Of a DNA stretch of 64,000 nucleotides, positions 30,223-39,891 are shown piece after piece. The position numbers were made by a program, and so were the translations under genes. The notes below the pieces were generated by a model that saw nothing but the letters and a program-made list of their open reading frames with translations, had not been told where the DNA came from and ran no database searches. Each line of letters opens with the position of its first letter. Within the stretch, counting starts at the first letter, position 1. Origin of the DNA: an uncultured Actinomycetes bacterium (GTDB lineage: Bacteria > Actinomycetota > Thermoleophilia > UBA2241); contig CAVWIH010000037.1 of NCBI GenBank assembly GCA_963755025.1, forward strand, positions 1-64,000. Direction: 5' to 3'.

Positions 30223-32229
30223 CTACAGCTCGTGCCGCGGCAGCGTGACGACGAAGGTCGTCTCGGTGGGTCCGGCGGCTGGGTCGGCGTTCGATTCGAC
30301 CTTGATCTGGCCGCGGTGCATCTTGACGATGCCGTGGGTGACCGCCAGGCCAAGGCCGGTGCCCTTGCCCACCTGCTTGGTGGTGAAGAAGGGGTCGAAG
30401 AGCTTGTCCATGTTGGCGCGGGGAATGCCCACGCCGGTGTCGGTGACCATGAAGGTGACCTCGTCGGCCGTGTCGCTCAGGCGGATGATGAGGGCGCCGC
30501 CCTCGGGCATGGCCTGCTGGGCGTTCGAGACGAGGTTGGTCAGCACCTGGACCATCTGGTCGGCGTCAAGCTCGGCGACCGGGTCGTCCATGGTGCTCTC
30601 GACGCGCACCATGATGTTCTCGTCGAGCGGCATGGTGCGCAGCGTGTCGTTCACGAGCTCGACCAGGTTGGTGGGCTGGCGCACGACGCGGCTCTGACGG
30701 GCGAAGTTGAGCAGCCCGGAGATGATCTTCTTGCAGCGGTTGGCCTGGTCGACGATGAGCTTCAAGTCGTCGGCCATCTCGGCGTTCTGGTCGATCTCTT
30801 CGAGCAGTATGTTGGCCTGCAGCAGGAGGATGCCGAGCGGGTTGTTGACCTCGTGGGCGATGCCGGCGGCGAGCTGCCCCATGCTGGCGAGCTTCTCGGA
30901 CTTGACCAGAGCCTCTTTGGTCGACTCGAGCGAGCGGTGCGAGTCTTCGAGGTCGCCGACGGTGGTCGAGAGCTTCTCGATCACGAACGGCAGGCACATG
31001 GTCTCTTCGGCGATGCCCTGGTAGACGGCCACGGCGTGGCGCCGGCAGGTGCCGTAGCCGCAGGCGCCGCAGTTGAGCTCGTCTTCGGGAGTGGTCTTGT
31101 TCATGCGCCGCAGGATGGCGGTGATGTCGGCCTCGGTGGGCTCGACCAGGAAGCGCTCGTCTTGCGGGGTGAAGGTGCGCGACAGGTCGATGCCGGCGAA
31201 GGCTTGCATGTTGGCCTCCCAGGCGGCCTGGTCGAAGCCCTCGCTCAAGTGCTTGGCGTGGCGGCTGATCTGGGCGCGACGCCGGTAGAGCGGTTCGTCG
31301 TTGCTGAAGCCCACCCCGGCGATGCAGCCCTCGCAGGCGAGGATGTCGAGCAGGCGGACTTCGGATTCGCCGTGCTCGAAGTCGTTGATGGCCTCGACGA
31401 AGTGCTCCATGCCGTCGGCGGCGATGATCTCGCCGGTCATGAGGTCTTCGGGCAGATTCGCGGCCTGCAGCAGGCCGCGCGCCAGCGGGAACAGCGAACC
31501 CTGCGAGCCGTGCGGCGGGTCGAACGAGTCGCCGGCGCCGGGCTTGGGGACGATGTGGCGCTCGGCGAACATCTGGCGCAGCTCGGCGAAGGTGAGCACG
31601 GCGTCGATCTCAAAGAGGATGTCGGCGCTCGCCGCCTCGCCTTTCTTGGCGATGCAGGGGCCGATGAACACGACCTTGGCGTCGGGGCCGTGCACCGACG
31701 GGTCGTGCAGCACGCGCGACATGGCGATCATCGGCGAGGCGATGGGCGCCAGCGACGACGTGAGGTCGGGGTGGTACTTGCGCACAAACGAGACCACGGC
31801 CGGGCAGGGCGTGGCGATGTAGCGCGCGTCGCTGTTGTCCTCGAGGAGCTTCGCGAAGGCGCGCGCCACGAGGTCGGCGCCGAAGGCCACTTCGTGCACG
31901 GCGGCAAAGCCGAGCTCGCGGGTCATGGCGACCAGCTGGGCTTCGTCTAAGTCGGTGAACTCGGCCGGGAAGCTCGGCGCGATGATGGCCATGACCGAGC
32001 GGCTCGAGTCGAGCAGGTCGAACGTGCGGTCGACCTCGCCGTAGGCCTGCTTGGCGTTCTGCGAGCAGACCCGAAAGCAGTTGGCGCAGCCGATGCAGCG
32101 CGAAGGAATGACGCTGGCGCGCCCGTCGACCACGCGGATGGCTTCGGCGGGGCACTCGCGCACGCACGCATAACAGCGCCGGCAGCGCTCCTTGATGGTG
32201 GTGACGAGTCCGTCTTCGCCGATCAGCAT
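30223..32229 (-). CDS. Sensory (group C-like) [FeFe]-hydrogenase fused to a histidine kinase
   Basis: 2x[4Fe-4S]; variant H-cluster motifs ATPCPAVV, IGPCIAKKGE and LACEGCIAG; NCGACGYGTC...MCLP FeS domain; then SEKLASMG...AHEVNNPL, DTGVG and FDPFFTTK...GTGLGL. Confidence 0.9.
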   Translation of the reverse strand: MLIGEDGLVTTIKERCRRCYACVRECPAEAIRVVDGRASVIPSRCIGCANCFRVCSQNAKQAYGEVDRTFDLLDSSRSVMAIIAPSFPAEFTDLDEAQLVAMTRELGFAAVHEVAFGADLVARAFAKLLEDNSDARYIATPCPAVVSFVRKYHPDLTSSLAPIASPMIAMSRVLHDPSVHGPDAKVVFIGPCIAKKGEAASADILFEIDAVLTFAELRQMFAERHIVPKPGAGDSFDPPHGSQGSLFPLARGLLQAANLPEDLMTGEIIAADGMEHFVEAINDFEHGESEVRLLDILACEGCIAGVGFSNDEPLYRRRAQISRHAKHLSEGFDQAAWEANMQAFAGIDLSRTFTPQDERFLVEPTEADITAILRRMNKTTPEDELNCGACGYGTCRRHAVAVYQGIAEETMCLPFVIEKLSTTVGDLEDSHRSLESTKEALVKSEKLASMGQLAAGIAHEVNNPLGILLLQANILLEEIDQNAEMADDLKLIVDQANRCKKIISGLLNFARQSRVVRQPTNLVELVNDTLRTMPLDENIMVRVESTMDDPVAELDADQMVQVLTNLVSNAQQAMPEGGALIIRLSDTADEVTFMVTDTGVGIPRANMDKLFDPFFTTKQVGKGTGLGLAVTHGIVKMHRGQIKVESNADPAAGPTETTFVVTLPRHEL

Positions 32230-32630
32230 GGCGGCTCTCCAAGCAGCTCGCGGACCTTGGCGACCAGGGCCGTGGCATCGAGGGGTTTGTCGAAGTAGGC
32301 GTCGACCTTCATAGAGGCGAGGTCGGCCGCCGAGTGCGGCGTGAAGTCGAGGCCCAGCGCGGTGGTGACCGACGTCGACATGATGATCGGCACGGCCGTG
32401 GTGCGGGGGTCGTCGCGCAGCCGCTTCGACAGCGAAAAGCCGGAGTCGACCTCGCTCATCATGAGGTCGGTGATGACCAGGTCGGGCGTCTCGGCCTCGA
32501 CCTTGTCCATGGCCTGCGAGGGGCTGCCGGCGGTGACCACGCGAAAGCCTGCCCTCTCGAGGATGCGGCGGTTGATCTCGAGGAAGTCGTAGTCGTCGTC
32601 GACGATCAGGATGAGTCGCTCGTCTGCCAT
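32223..32630 (-). CDS. Single-domain response regulator
   Basis: ILIVDDD, VITDLMM, IIMSTS and DKP; stop overlaps the start of the sensory hydrogenase. Confidence 0.92.
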   Translation of the reverse strand: MADERLILIVDDDYDFLEINRRILERAGFRVVTAGSPSQAMDKVEAETPDLVITDLMMSEVDSGFSLSKRLRDDPRTTAVPIIMSTSVTTALGLDFTPHSAADLASMKVDAYFDKPLDATALVAKVRELLGEPPC

Positions 32631-32655
32631 GAATCGTCTCCCGCGGTGTGGGCTC

Positions 32656-32692
32656 GGCGGGCGGCGGCGACTGTAAGTCGCCGCCGCCCGCC
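32656..32692 (-). terminator. Hairpin between hydA2 and the phosphorelay genes
   Basis: GGCGGGCGGCGGCGACT-GTA-AGTCGCCGCCGCCCGCC perfect stem with no U tract. Confidence 0.6.
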
Positions 32693-32717
32693 AGCTTACC
32701 ACGCCGCTCGTTGTGCC

Positions 32718-34490
32718 CTAGACGCGGTCCTTGCCCGCGTAGTGCGTGTGCAGGAGGTGGTGAGCCTTCTCGCCACCGGCTTCGCCGAGCCACGTGCTGT
32801 AGAGCTCGAGGACGGCCGGGTTCTCGTGGCTCTTGCGCAGCTCACGGCCCTCGTCTTCGCGGTAGATGGCGGCGATGCGCGCCTCACGCACGGCGTTCGT
32901 GGTGAGCCGCGGCTGGCCGCCGCCGCCGATGCAGCCGCCGGGGCAGGTCATGACCTCGACGAAGTGGTACTCGGCCTCGCCGCTCTTGATGGCGTCGATG
33001 ACCTTCTGGGCGTTGCCCAGCGTGTGGGCCACGGCGACCTTCACCGTGACGCCTTCGAGGAACGACCACTCCGGCACGGCGCCTTCGATCAGCACTTCGG
33101 CGTGCTTGACGCCTTCGAGCCCTTCGATCGGGGCGACGTGCAGGTTCTCGAACGGGAACGGCCGGCCGGTCACGAGCTCGTAGACCGTGCGCAGCGCGGC
33201 TTCCATGACGCCGCCCGTGTTGGCGAAGATGTCGGCGGCGCCGGTCGACAGACCGAGCGGCTTGTCCATCTTCTCGTCGGGCAGGCTGTCGAAGTCGATG
33301 CCGCCCTGCTTGATCATGCGCACCAGTTCGCGCGTGGTCAGCACGACGTCGACGTCCTGCACGCCCGAGTCGTCCATCTCGGGACGCTGGCACTCGAACT
33401 TCTTGGCGGTGCAGGGCATGACGCTGGCCACGAAGATGTCCTCGGGCCGCTTGCCGAGCTTCTCGGCGTAGTAGGTCTTGGCCACCGCCCCGAACATCTG
33501 CTGCGGGCTCTTGCAGCTCGAGAGGTTGGGCAGGAAGTCGGGGTTGTAGTGCTCCATGTAGTTGATCCAGCCCGGCGAGCAGCTCGTGAACATCGGCAGG
33601 GCGACCTCTTGCTTGTCGACCAGCGCCGCCTTGAGGCGCATGAGCAGCTCGGTGCCTTCCTCGATGATGGTGAGGTCGGCGGCGAAGTTGGTGTCGAACA
33701 CGCCGTCGAAGCCCAGGCGGCGCAGGGCGGCGACCATCTTGCCGGTCACCACGGTGCCGGGCTCGTAGTCGAAGCCCTCGCCCAGGGCGGCGCGGATGGC
33801 CGGAGCCGTCTGCACCACGACGTACTTGTCGGGATCGTCGAGGGCCTGCCAGACCGTGTCGATCTGGTCGCGCTCGATGATGGCCCCGACCGGGCAGACC
33901 GCGGCGCACTGGCCGCACTGCACGCAGGTCACGTCGGAGAGGTCGGAAGCAAACGCCGGTCCGATCACCGTCGTGAAGCCGCGGCCCTGCGGGAACAGGG
34001 CGCCCACGCCCTGGGTCTCGTTGCACACCGTGACGCAGCGCCGGCACATGATGCACTTGCCGCTGTCGCGGATGAGCGCGGGCGTGGAGTCGTCGATGGT
34101 CTTGGTGGTCTTCTCGCCTTCGTAGCGGATCTGGTCGATGCCCAGATCGCGCGCCAGGGTGCGCAGTTCGCAGTCGGCGCTGCGGGCGCAGGTCTGGCAG
34201 TTGCCGTCGTGCTCGGAGAGGAGCAGCTCGACGACGGTCTGGCGGCCCTTGCGGGCGAGCGCCGAGTTGGTCTTGACGACCATGCCCTCGGCCACCGGAG
34301 CGGCGCACGAGGCCACGAGCGCCTTGGCGCCCTGGACTTCGACGAGGCAGACGCGGCAGGCGCCGATCGTCTGCACGTCTTCGAGGTAGCACAGGCTCGG
34401 CACCTTGGAGCCGACCTGACGGGCGGCCTGCAGGATGGTGGTGCCGTCCGGGACCTCGACCTTGATGTCGTCTACAGTGAGGGTTGGCAT
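32718..34490 (-). CDS. hndD: Group A [FeFe]-hydrogenase catalytic subunit, HndD-like (system 2)
   Basis: [2Fe-2S], EHDGNCQTC and 2x[4Fe-4S]; H-cluster motifs FTSCSPGW, MPCTAKKFE and EVMTCPGGCIGGGGQP. Confidence 0.95.
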   Translation of the reverse strand: MPTLTVDDIKVEVPDGTTILQAARQVGSKVPSLCYLEDVQTIGACRVCLVEVQGAKALVASCAAPVAEGMVVKTNSALARKGRQTVVELLLSEHDGNCQTCARSADCELRTLARDLGIDQIRYEGEKTTKTIDDSTPALIRDSGKCIMCRRCVTVCNETQGVGALFPQGRGFTTVIGPAFASDLSDVTCVQCGQCAAVCPVGAIIERDQIDTVWQALDDPDKYVVVQTAPAIRAALGEGFDYEPGTVVTGKMVAALRRLGFDGVFDTNFAADLTIIEEGTELLMRLKAALVDKQEVALPMFTSCSPGWINYMEHYNPDFLPNLSSCKSPQQMFGAVAKTYYAEKLGKRPEDIFVASVMPCTAKKFECQRPEMDDSGVQDVDVVLTTRELVRMIKQGGIDFDSLPDEKMDKPLGLSTGAADIFANTGGVMEAALRTVYELVTGRPFPFENLHVAPIEGLEGVKHAEVLIEGAVPEWSFLEGVTVKVAVAHTLGNAQKVIDAIKSGEAEYHFVEVMTCPGGCIGGGGQPRLTTNAVREARIAAIYREDEGRELRKSHENPAVLELYSTWLGEAGGEKAHHLLHTHYAGKDRV

Positions 34491-37400
34491 CAGCGGTTCA
34501 CCTCGGTCTTGGCACAGGTCTTTCCGTAGTCACAACGCAGGCAGCGCCGCGCTTCGGCGACGGCCGTCTCGGCCGCCCACGAGAGCTCGACTTCGTCGAA
34601 GCCGCCGACACGCGCGCTGGCGGCCAGCTCGGGCACGACGGCGCGCGGCGTCTCGACGGGGATCGGCGTCGGGGTCGAACGCGGTGTCGACCGCGACGTC
34701 GCGACGCCAGAAGGCATGGTTGGCGCCGGTGAGGAACGAATCGATGGAGACGGCGGCCTTCTCGCCGGCTCCGATGGCGGCCACGACCGAGGCCGGACCC
34801 GTGACGGCGTCGCCGCCGGCGAAGATCCACTCGACCGAGGTACGGCCGTCCTTGTCGGTCTTGAGCCAGCCCTTCCTGGTGGTCTCGACCGAGACGCCGT
34901 CGAACAGCGGCGCGCTGTCGAGCCACTGGCCGATGGCGGCGATGACCTGGTCGCACTCGACGACGAAGTCGGCGTTGCGGCCGGCGACCGGGCGGCGACG
35001 GCCGCTCGAGTCGTAGTCGCCCAGGGTCATCGGGCGGCACTTCACGCCGACCAGCTTGCCGGCGGCGTCGTGCACGATCTCGACCGGCGCGACGAGCGGC
35101 TGAAGCACGATGCGCTCGTCTTCGGCGGCGTCGATCTCTTCGGCCCACGCGGGCATCTGGGCGCGCGTGCGGCGGTAGAGGATGGTGACCTGGTCGGCGC
35201 CGAGGCGCAGGGCGGTGCGGGCCGCGTCGATGGCGGAGTTGCCGCCGCCGATGACCGCGACGCGCTTGCCGACCTCGACCGTGCCGTCGACGTTGTAGGT
35301 CTTGAGGAACGACAGCGCTTCGGTGACGCCCTCGCCGTCTTCGCCGGGCACGCCGATGTTGGAGCCCTGCGGGGCGCCGACGCCGAGGAACACGGCCTCG
35401 AAGCCGTCGTCGTGCAGGCCCTGGAGGGTGAAGTCGCGCCCGAGCGCCTTGTCGCACTCGAGGGCGACGCCCATCTCCTGGATCATCGAGATCTCGCGGC
35501 CGAGCTCTTCGCGCGGCAGCCGGTAGGCCGGGATGGCCTGCACGAGCATGCCGCCGGGGGTCGAGGCGGCCTCGAAGATGGTCGGCTTGTAGCCCAGGCG
35601 AGCCAGGAAGTAGGCGCACGACAGGCCGGCCGGACCGGAGCCGATCACGGCGACCTTGCGCTTGGCGTTCTCGTCGCTCACGAGGACCTCGGGCAGGGCG
35701 ACCACGGTCTCCTGCTCGGTCATGAAGCGCTTGACGCCACGGATGGCGACGGGCGCGTCGAAGCCGGCGCGCTGGCACTTGCTCTCGCAGGGGTGGAAGC
35801 ACACGCGGCCGCAGATCGAGGCCAGCGGGTTGCGCTCGCGATGCAGCACGAGGGCCTCGTCGAAGCGCTTCTCGCCGACCAGGCTCACGAAGCCCGGCAC
35901 GTCGACGTCGGCGGGGCAGGCGTTGGTGCAGCGCGCCTTGAACATGGTCGCGCAGACGCCGGCTTCGCAGTGCTTGTCGAGGATGTGGGCTTCCCACTCG
36001 TGACGGAAGTGGCGGATCATCGACAGCACCGGGTTGGGGGCCGTCTGGCCGAGGCCGCACAGCGCGGTCTCCTTGATCATGGCGCCGAGCTCCTGCAGAC
36101 GCTCGATGTCGCCCTCTTCGCCCTGGCCGTCGCAGATGCGGTCGACGATCTCGAGCATGCGCTTGGTGCCGACCCGGCAGGGCGGGCACTTGCCGCAGCT
36201 CTCTTCCTGGGTGAACTCGAGGAAGAAGCGCGCCATGTCGACCATGCACGAGTCCTCGTCCATGATGACGAGGCCGCCGGAGCCCATGATGGCGCCGAGC
36301 TCCTGGAGCGACTCGTAGTCGACCGGACGTGTCGAGGTGCTCAGTAGGGCACGCAGCCGCCGGAGGGACCGCCGATCTGCACGGCCTTGAGCGCCTTGCC
36401 GCCGGGCACGCCGCCGCCGATCTCGTTCATGATCTCGCCGAGCTGCATGCCGATCGGCACTTCGACCAGGCCGGTGTTGGTGATGTTGCCGCCCAGGGCG
36501 AAGACCTTGGTGCCCTTGCTCTTCTCGGTGCCCGTCGCGGCGAACCACTCGGCGCCCTTGAGGATGATGGGGTTGATGTTGGCGTAGGTCTCGACGTTGT
36601 TGAGCACGCTGGGCTTGCCCCAGAGGCCCTTGACCGCCGGGAACGGCGGGCGCGGGCGCGGCTCGCCGCGGTGACCTTCGATCGAGGTCATGAGCGCGGT
36701 CTCTTCGCCGCAGACGAAGGCGCCGGAGCCCATGCGGATCTCGAGGTCGAAGGCAAAGCCCGTGCCGAGGATGTCGTCGCCGAGGAGGCCGTAGTCGCGC
36801 GCCTGGTCGATGGCGTACTGCAGGCGCTCGACGGCCAGCGGGTACTCGGCGCGCACGTAGACGTAGCCCTGATGGGCGCCGATCGCGTAGGCGCCGATGG
36901 CCATGCCCTCGATCACCGAGTGCGGGTCGCCTTCGAGCACCGAGCGGTCCATGAACGCGCCCGGGTCGCCTTCGTCGGCGTTGCAGAGGATGTACTTGGT
37001 CTCCTCTTTCTGCTGCTGGGCGAAGCGCCACTTGAGGCCGGTCGGGAACCCGGCGCCGCCGCGGCCGCGCAGGCCCGAGGCGAGCACTTCGTCGACGATG
37101 CTCTCGGGGGTCATCTCGGTGATCGCCTTGGCGAGCGCGCCGTAGCCGTCGCGGGCGATGTAGTCCTCGATGCTCAGCGGGTCGATGAGGCCCGAGTTGC
37201 GCAGCACGATCTTGACCTGGCGGTTGAAGAACTCGACGTCGTGCATCTCGGCGATCGACTTCTCGGTGCCGGGCGCGGTGCTCACGAGGCGCGGTACGAC
37301 GCGGCCCTTGAGCAGGTGCTCTTCGACGATCTCAGCGACGTCGGGCACCTTGATGTTCTGGTAGAAGACGCCGTCGGGGTAGACGAGCGCGACCGGGCCC

Positions 37401-37561
37401 ACGGCGCACGGCCCCAGGCAACCGGTCTCGACGACCTGGACTTCGCTCGCCAGGCCGTGCTTTTCGAGCTCCTCGCTGAACGCGGCGCTGACGGCCAGCG
37501 CGCCCGAGGCGATGCAACCGCCGCCGGTGCAGACGAGGACGTGGCTTCTGAACTGCTCCAT
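34490..37561 (-). CDS. HndC/HydB-like flavin subunit fused to a GltD-like FAD/NADP(H) oxidoreductase (frameshifted near 36340 and 34670)
   Basis: Thioredoxin-like [2Fe-2S] N-terminus, [36 protein letters not shown] and [10 protein letters not shown]; then [43 protein letters not shown] and EARRCLRC. Stop overlaps the hndD ATG. Confidence 0.88.
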
Positions 37562-37574
37562 ATCCGCTTCCTTC

Positions 37575-37946
37575 CTACGACCGGATCAGCAGCGCGTCGA
37601 CCGGCTTGCCGCCGACGAGGTGCTCGGTGACGATCGTCTTGACCTTCGCGTCGTCGAGCAGCCCGTAACGGTAGGGCGTGTCGCTCGCGTCGCGGACGGT
37701 GATCATGGGCTCCTGCTCGCAGAGGCCGGCGCAGCCGGCCTGGCGCAGCGTGACGTCGTCGACGCCGGCCGCGGCCATCTCGCGCATGAAGGCGGCGATC
37801 ACGCCGCGCGCTCCGGCGGCGATGCCACAGGTGCCCATATGGACCGTCACCTGGATCTCCTTGGTCCCCTCACGCAGCTCGACCGAGGCCTTCGCCCTGT
37901 CGGCCATCGCCTTGAGGTCTGCGGCGCTCTTGATCTTCTCGGCCAT
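37575..37946 (-). CDS. hndB: HndB-like thioredoxin-type [2Fe-2S] subunit
   Basis: VHMGTCGIAAGA, GCAGLCEQEP and EHLVGGKPV motifs. Confidence 0.9.
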   Translation of the reverse strand: MAEKIKSAADLKAMADRAKASVELREGTKEIQVTVHMGTCGIAAGARGVIAAFMREMAAAGVDDVTLRQAGCAGLCEQEPMITVRDASDTPYRYGLLDDAKVKTIVTEHLVGGKPVDALLIRS

Positions 37947-37950
37947 GGCG

Positions 37951-38481
37951 TCAGGCACTCCTTTCGGCTGCGGCGGTCTCGGCGGCGTACTCTTCGAGGA
38001 TCGCGCCGATGCGCTTGGGCTTGACGCGGTGGTGCACGTCGTCGTCGATCATGATGACCGGCGCGAGTCCGCAGGCGCCGAAGCAGCGGCCGACCTCGAG
38101 CGAGAAGTTACGGTCGTCGGTGGTGCCGCCGACGTCGATGCCCAGATCTTTTTTGAGCGCGTCGAGCACGCCGACGCCGCCGCGCACGTAGCAGGCCGTC
38201 CCCAGGCAGACCCTGATGACGTGCTTGCCGCGGGGCACGGTCGAGAAGAACGAATAGAAGCCGACCACGCCGGCCACCTCGCTGTAGGGCTTGCCCAGTT
38301 TGAGGGCGACGTGCTTGAGGGCGACCTCGGGCAGGTAGCCGAAGATGCCCTGGGCCAGCTGGAGCACCGGGATAAGGGCGCCCGGCTTGTCCTTGTAGCC
38401 CGCGATCACGTCGTCGAGACGGGCGAGAAGCTCCTCCTCGCTTGCCTCCTCGCAACTGCACTGTTGCAAGACTTCAGTCAT
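37951..38481 (-). CDS. hndA: HndA/HydC/NuoE-like [2Fe-2S] subunit
   Basis: ATG after AAGGAG; LIPVLQLAQGIFGYLP, VCLGTACYVRG and RCFGACGLAP. Confidence 0.93.
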   Translation of the reverse strand: MTEVLQQCSCEEASEEELLARLDDVIAGYKDKPGALIPVLQLAQGIFGYLPEVALKHVALKLGKPYSEVAGVVGFYSFFSTVPRGKHVIRVCLGTACYVRGGVGVLDALKKDLGIDVGGTTDDRNFSLEVGRCFGACGLAPVIMIDDDVHHRVKPKRIGAILEEYAAETAAAERSA

Positions 38482-39143
38482 CCCACGCTCCTTTGCTGCT
38501 GTCGTAAGTCCACAGGATCCACCGTTTGAGTCGTAGCTGTCGGTGCTTTTGGGCCGGATGGTTCGTGCGTCGGGGGTTGGTTCGGGTCGGGTGTGCGACG
38601 CCCGTGGGTGACGGGCGTGGTGGTCGGCATGGCGGCGGGCTCGTCGGCGGTGGCCAGCAGGGCCGTGCAGCGCGCGGCGACCGCGCCGAAGGCGGCCAGC
38701 TCGGCGCCCTGCGCCAGGCAACTGTCGGCGCCGGCCTGGACGTCGAGCACGAGGGTCGCCTGGGGGTTGGTCGCGGCCATCACGGCCACCGACTCGCAGA
38801 CGTCGCCGAGCGGCGCGCGGTCGACGTGCGACAGGCTCATGACGACCTCGATCGCGACGCCGCCCAGGGTGGGCGAGCGCTGCAGGGTGAGGCTGCCGTC
38901 GGCCTCTTCGGCGGCCTCGCGGAACAGCGGCAGGCCGAGGCCCGTGCGCTTGCCGGCCTTGGTCGTGAAGAAGGGGTCGGTCGCCTGGTCGGCGCTCACG
39001 TCGAGGCCGGGGCCGTCGTCGTCGACCGAGATCGCCAGGCGGTCGTGCATGGGGTCGATGACGACCCGCACAGCGACGCGCTCGGCGCCGGCGCGCAGCG
39101 AGTTCTCGATCATCTCGAGCGTGTAGAGGGAGAGGTCATGCAT
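38478..39143 (-). CDS. Stand-alone HATPase_c (kinase-like ATP-binding) protein of hydrogenase loci
   Basis: MHDLSLYTLEMIENSLRAGA, DDGPG, DPFFTTK...GLGLP and HVDRAPLGD; no H-box. Confidence 0.85.
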   Translation of the reverse strand: MHDLSLYTLEMIENSLRAGAERVAVRVVIDPMHDRLAISVDDDGPGLDVSADQATDPFFTTKAGKRTGLGLPLFREAAEEADGSLTLQRSPTLGGVAIEVVMSLSHVDRAPLGDVCESVAVMAATNPQATLVLDVQAGADSCLAQGAELAAFGAVAARCTALLATADEPAAMPTTTPVTHGRRTPDPNQPPTHEPSGPKAPTATTQTVDPVDLRQQQRSVG

Positions 39144-39891
39144 TGACGACCGCCCTGCCTTGCGCCGTTCTGACGGCGAGGGCGACCTCGGCGAAGGTCG
39201 GCGCCTCGAGGGTGAGCGTGGTGGTCGCGCAGCCAACGTCGGCGAGGTAGTGGCTGTCGGAGGAGTGCATGATCGGCAGGCCGTAGTCGGCGCAGGCCGC
39301 CGCCGCCGGCGAGTCGGGCGGCGCGAAGCGCGACAGCTCGACGGCGTCGAAGCCGGCCTCGAACGGAAAGAAGCCGAGCTGGGCGATCACGCCGAAGGTG
39401 GGGCGGTCGATGTGGGCGGCCACGACCAGGCCGCCGAAGCGCTTGACGAGGGCGACCGCTTCGTCGAGCCGCAGCGAGGTCGCCAGGGCGAGCGCGTGGC
39501 CTTCGTGGCCGCACACCGTGCCGGCCGAGTCCATGAGGTACTGCTCGCCGAAGAAGCGCGTGTAGTCGTCGTCGGTGGGCGGCAGCGTGGCGCAGACCTC
39601 GCCGGCCGCGTTGGCCGCCGCGGCGGCGGTGGGGAAGAGGCCGAGGACGTGCACCTCTTCGACCGTGGTGATCTCGATGCCCGAGATGACCGCGAGGCGC
39701 GCGCCGGCGGCTTCGCCCACGGCCCGCGTGTTGCCGGCGGCGTTGTGGTCGCACACGGCGATCATGTCGAGGCCCGCCGCGAGGGCGGCGTCGACGATGG
39801 CCGGCGGCGACATCTCGTCGTCGCCGCAGGGCGACAGCGCGGTGTGCACGTGAAAGTCGGCGAGCAGGGTTTTCACGGCGTCAGGCGACAC
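39136..39891 (-). CDS. PHP-domain phosphoesterase
   Basis: DFHVHTALSPCG, CDHN, GIEITTVEEVH, AHIDR and SSDSH motifs. Confidence 0.9.
   Translation of the reverse strand: MSPDAVKTLLADFHVHTALSPCGDDEMSPPAIVDAALAAGLDMIAVCDHNAAGNTRAVGEAAGARLAVISGIEITTVEEVHVLGLFPTAAAAANAAGEVCATLPPTDDDYTRFFGEQYLMDSAGTVCGHEGHALALATSLRLDEAVALVKRFGGLVVAAHIDRPTFGVIAQLGFFPFEAGFDAVELSRFAPPDSPAAAACADYGLPIMHSSDSHYLADVGCATTTLTLEAPTFAEVALAVRTAQGRAVVNA

Noticed and set aside
30223-32793. Fusion of the receiver (32223-32630) to the sensory hydrogenase
   Set aside because: The receiver is in a different frame with its own stop overlapping the ATG at 32229; the ORF extension is a shadow frame.
36320-36350. TGA after GGCVPY in hndC as selenocysteine or a programmed frameshift
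   Set aside because: The conserved continuation (EHLDTPVDYE) needs indel correction rather than read-through. The position is not a Cys site and there is no slippery motif.
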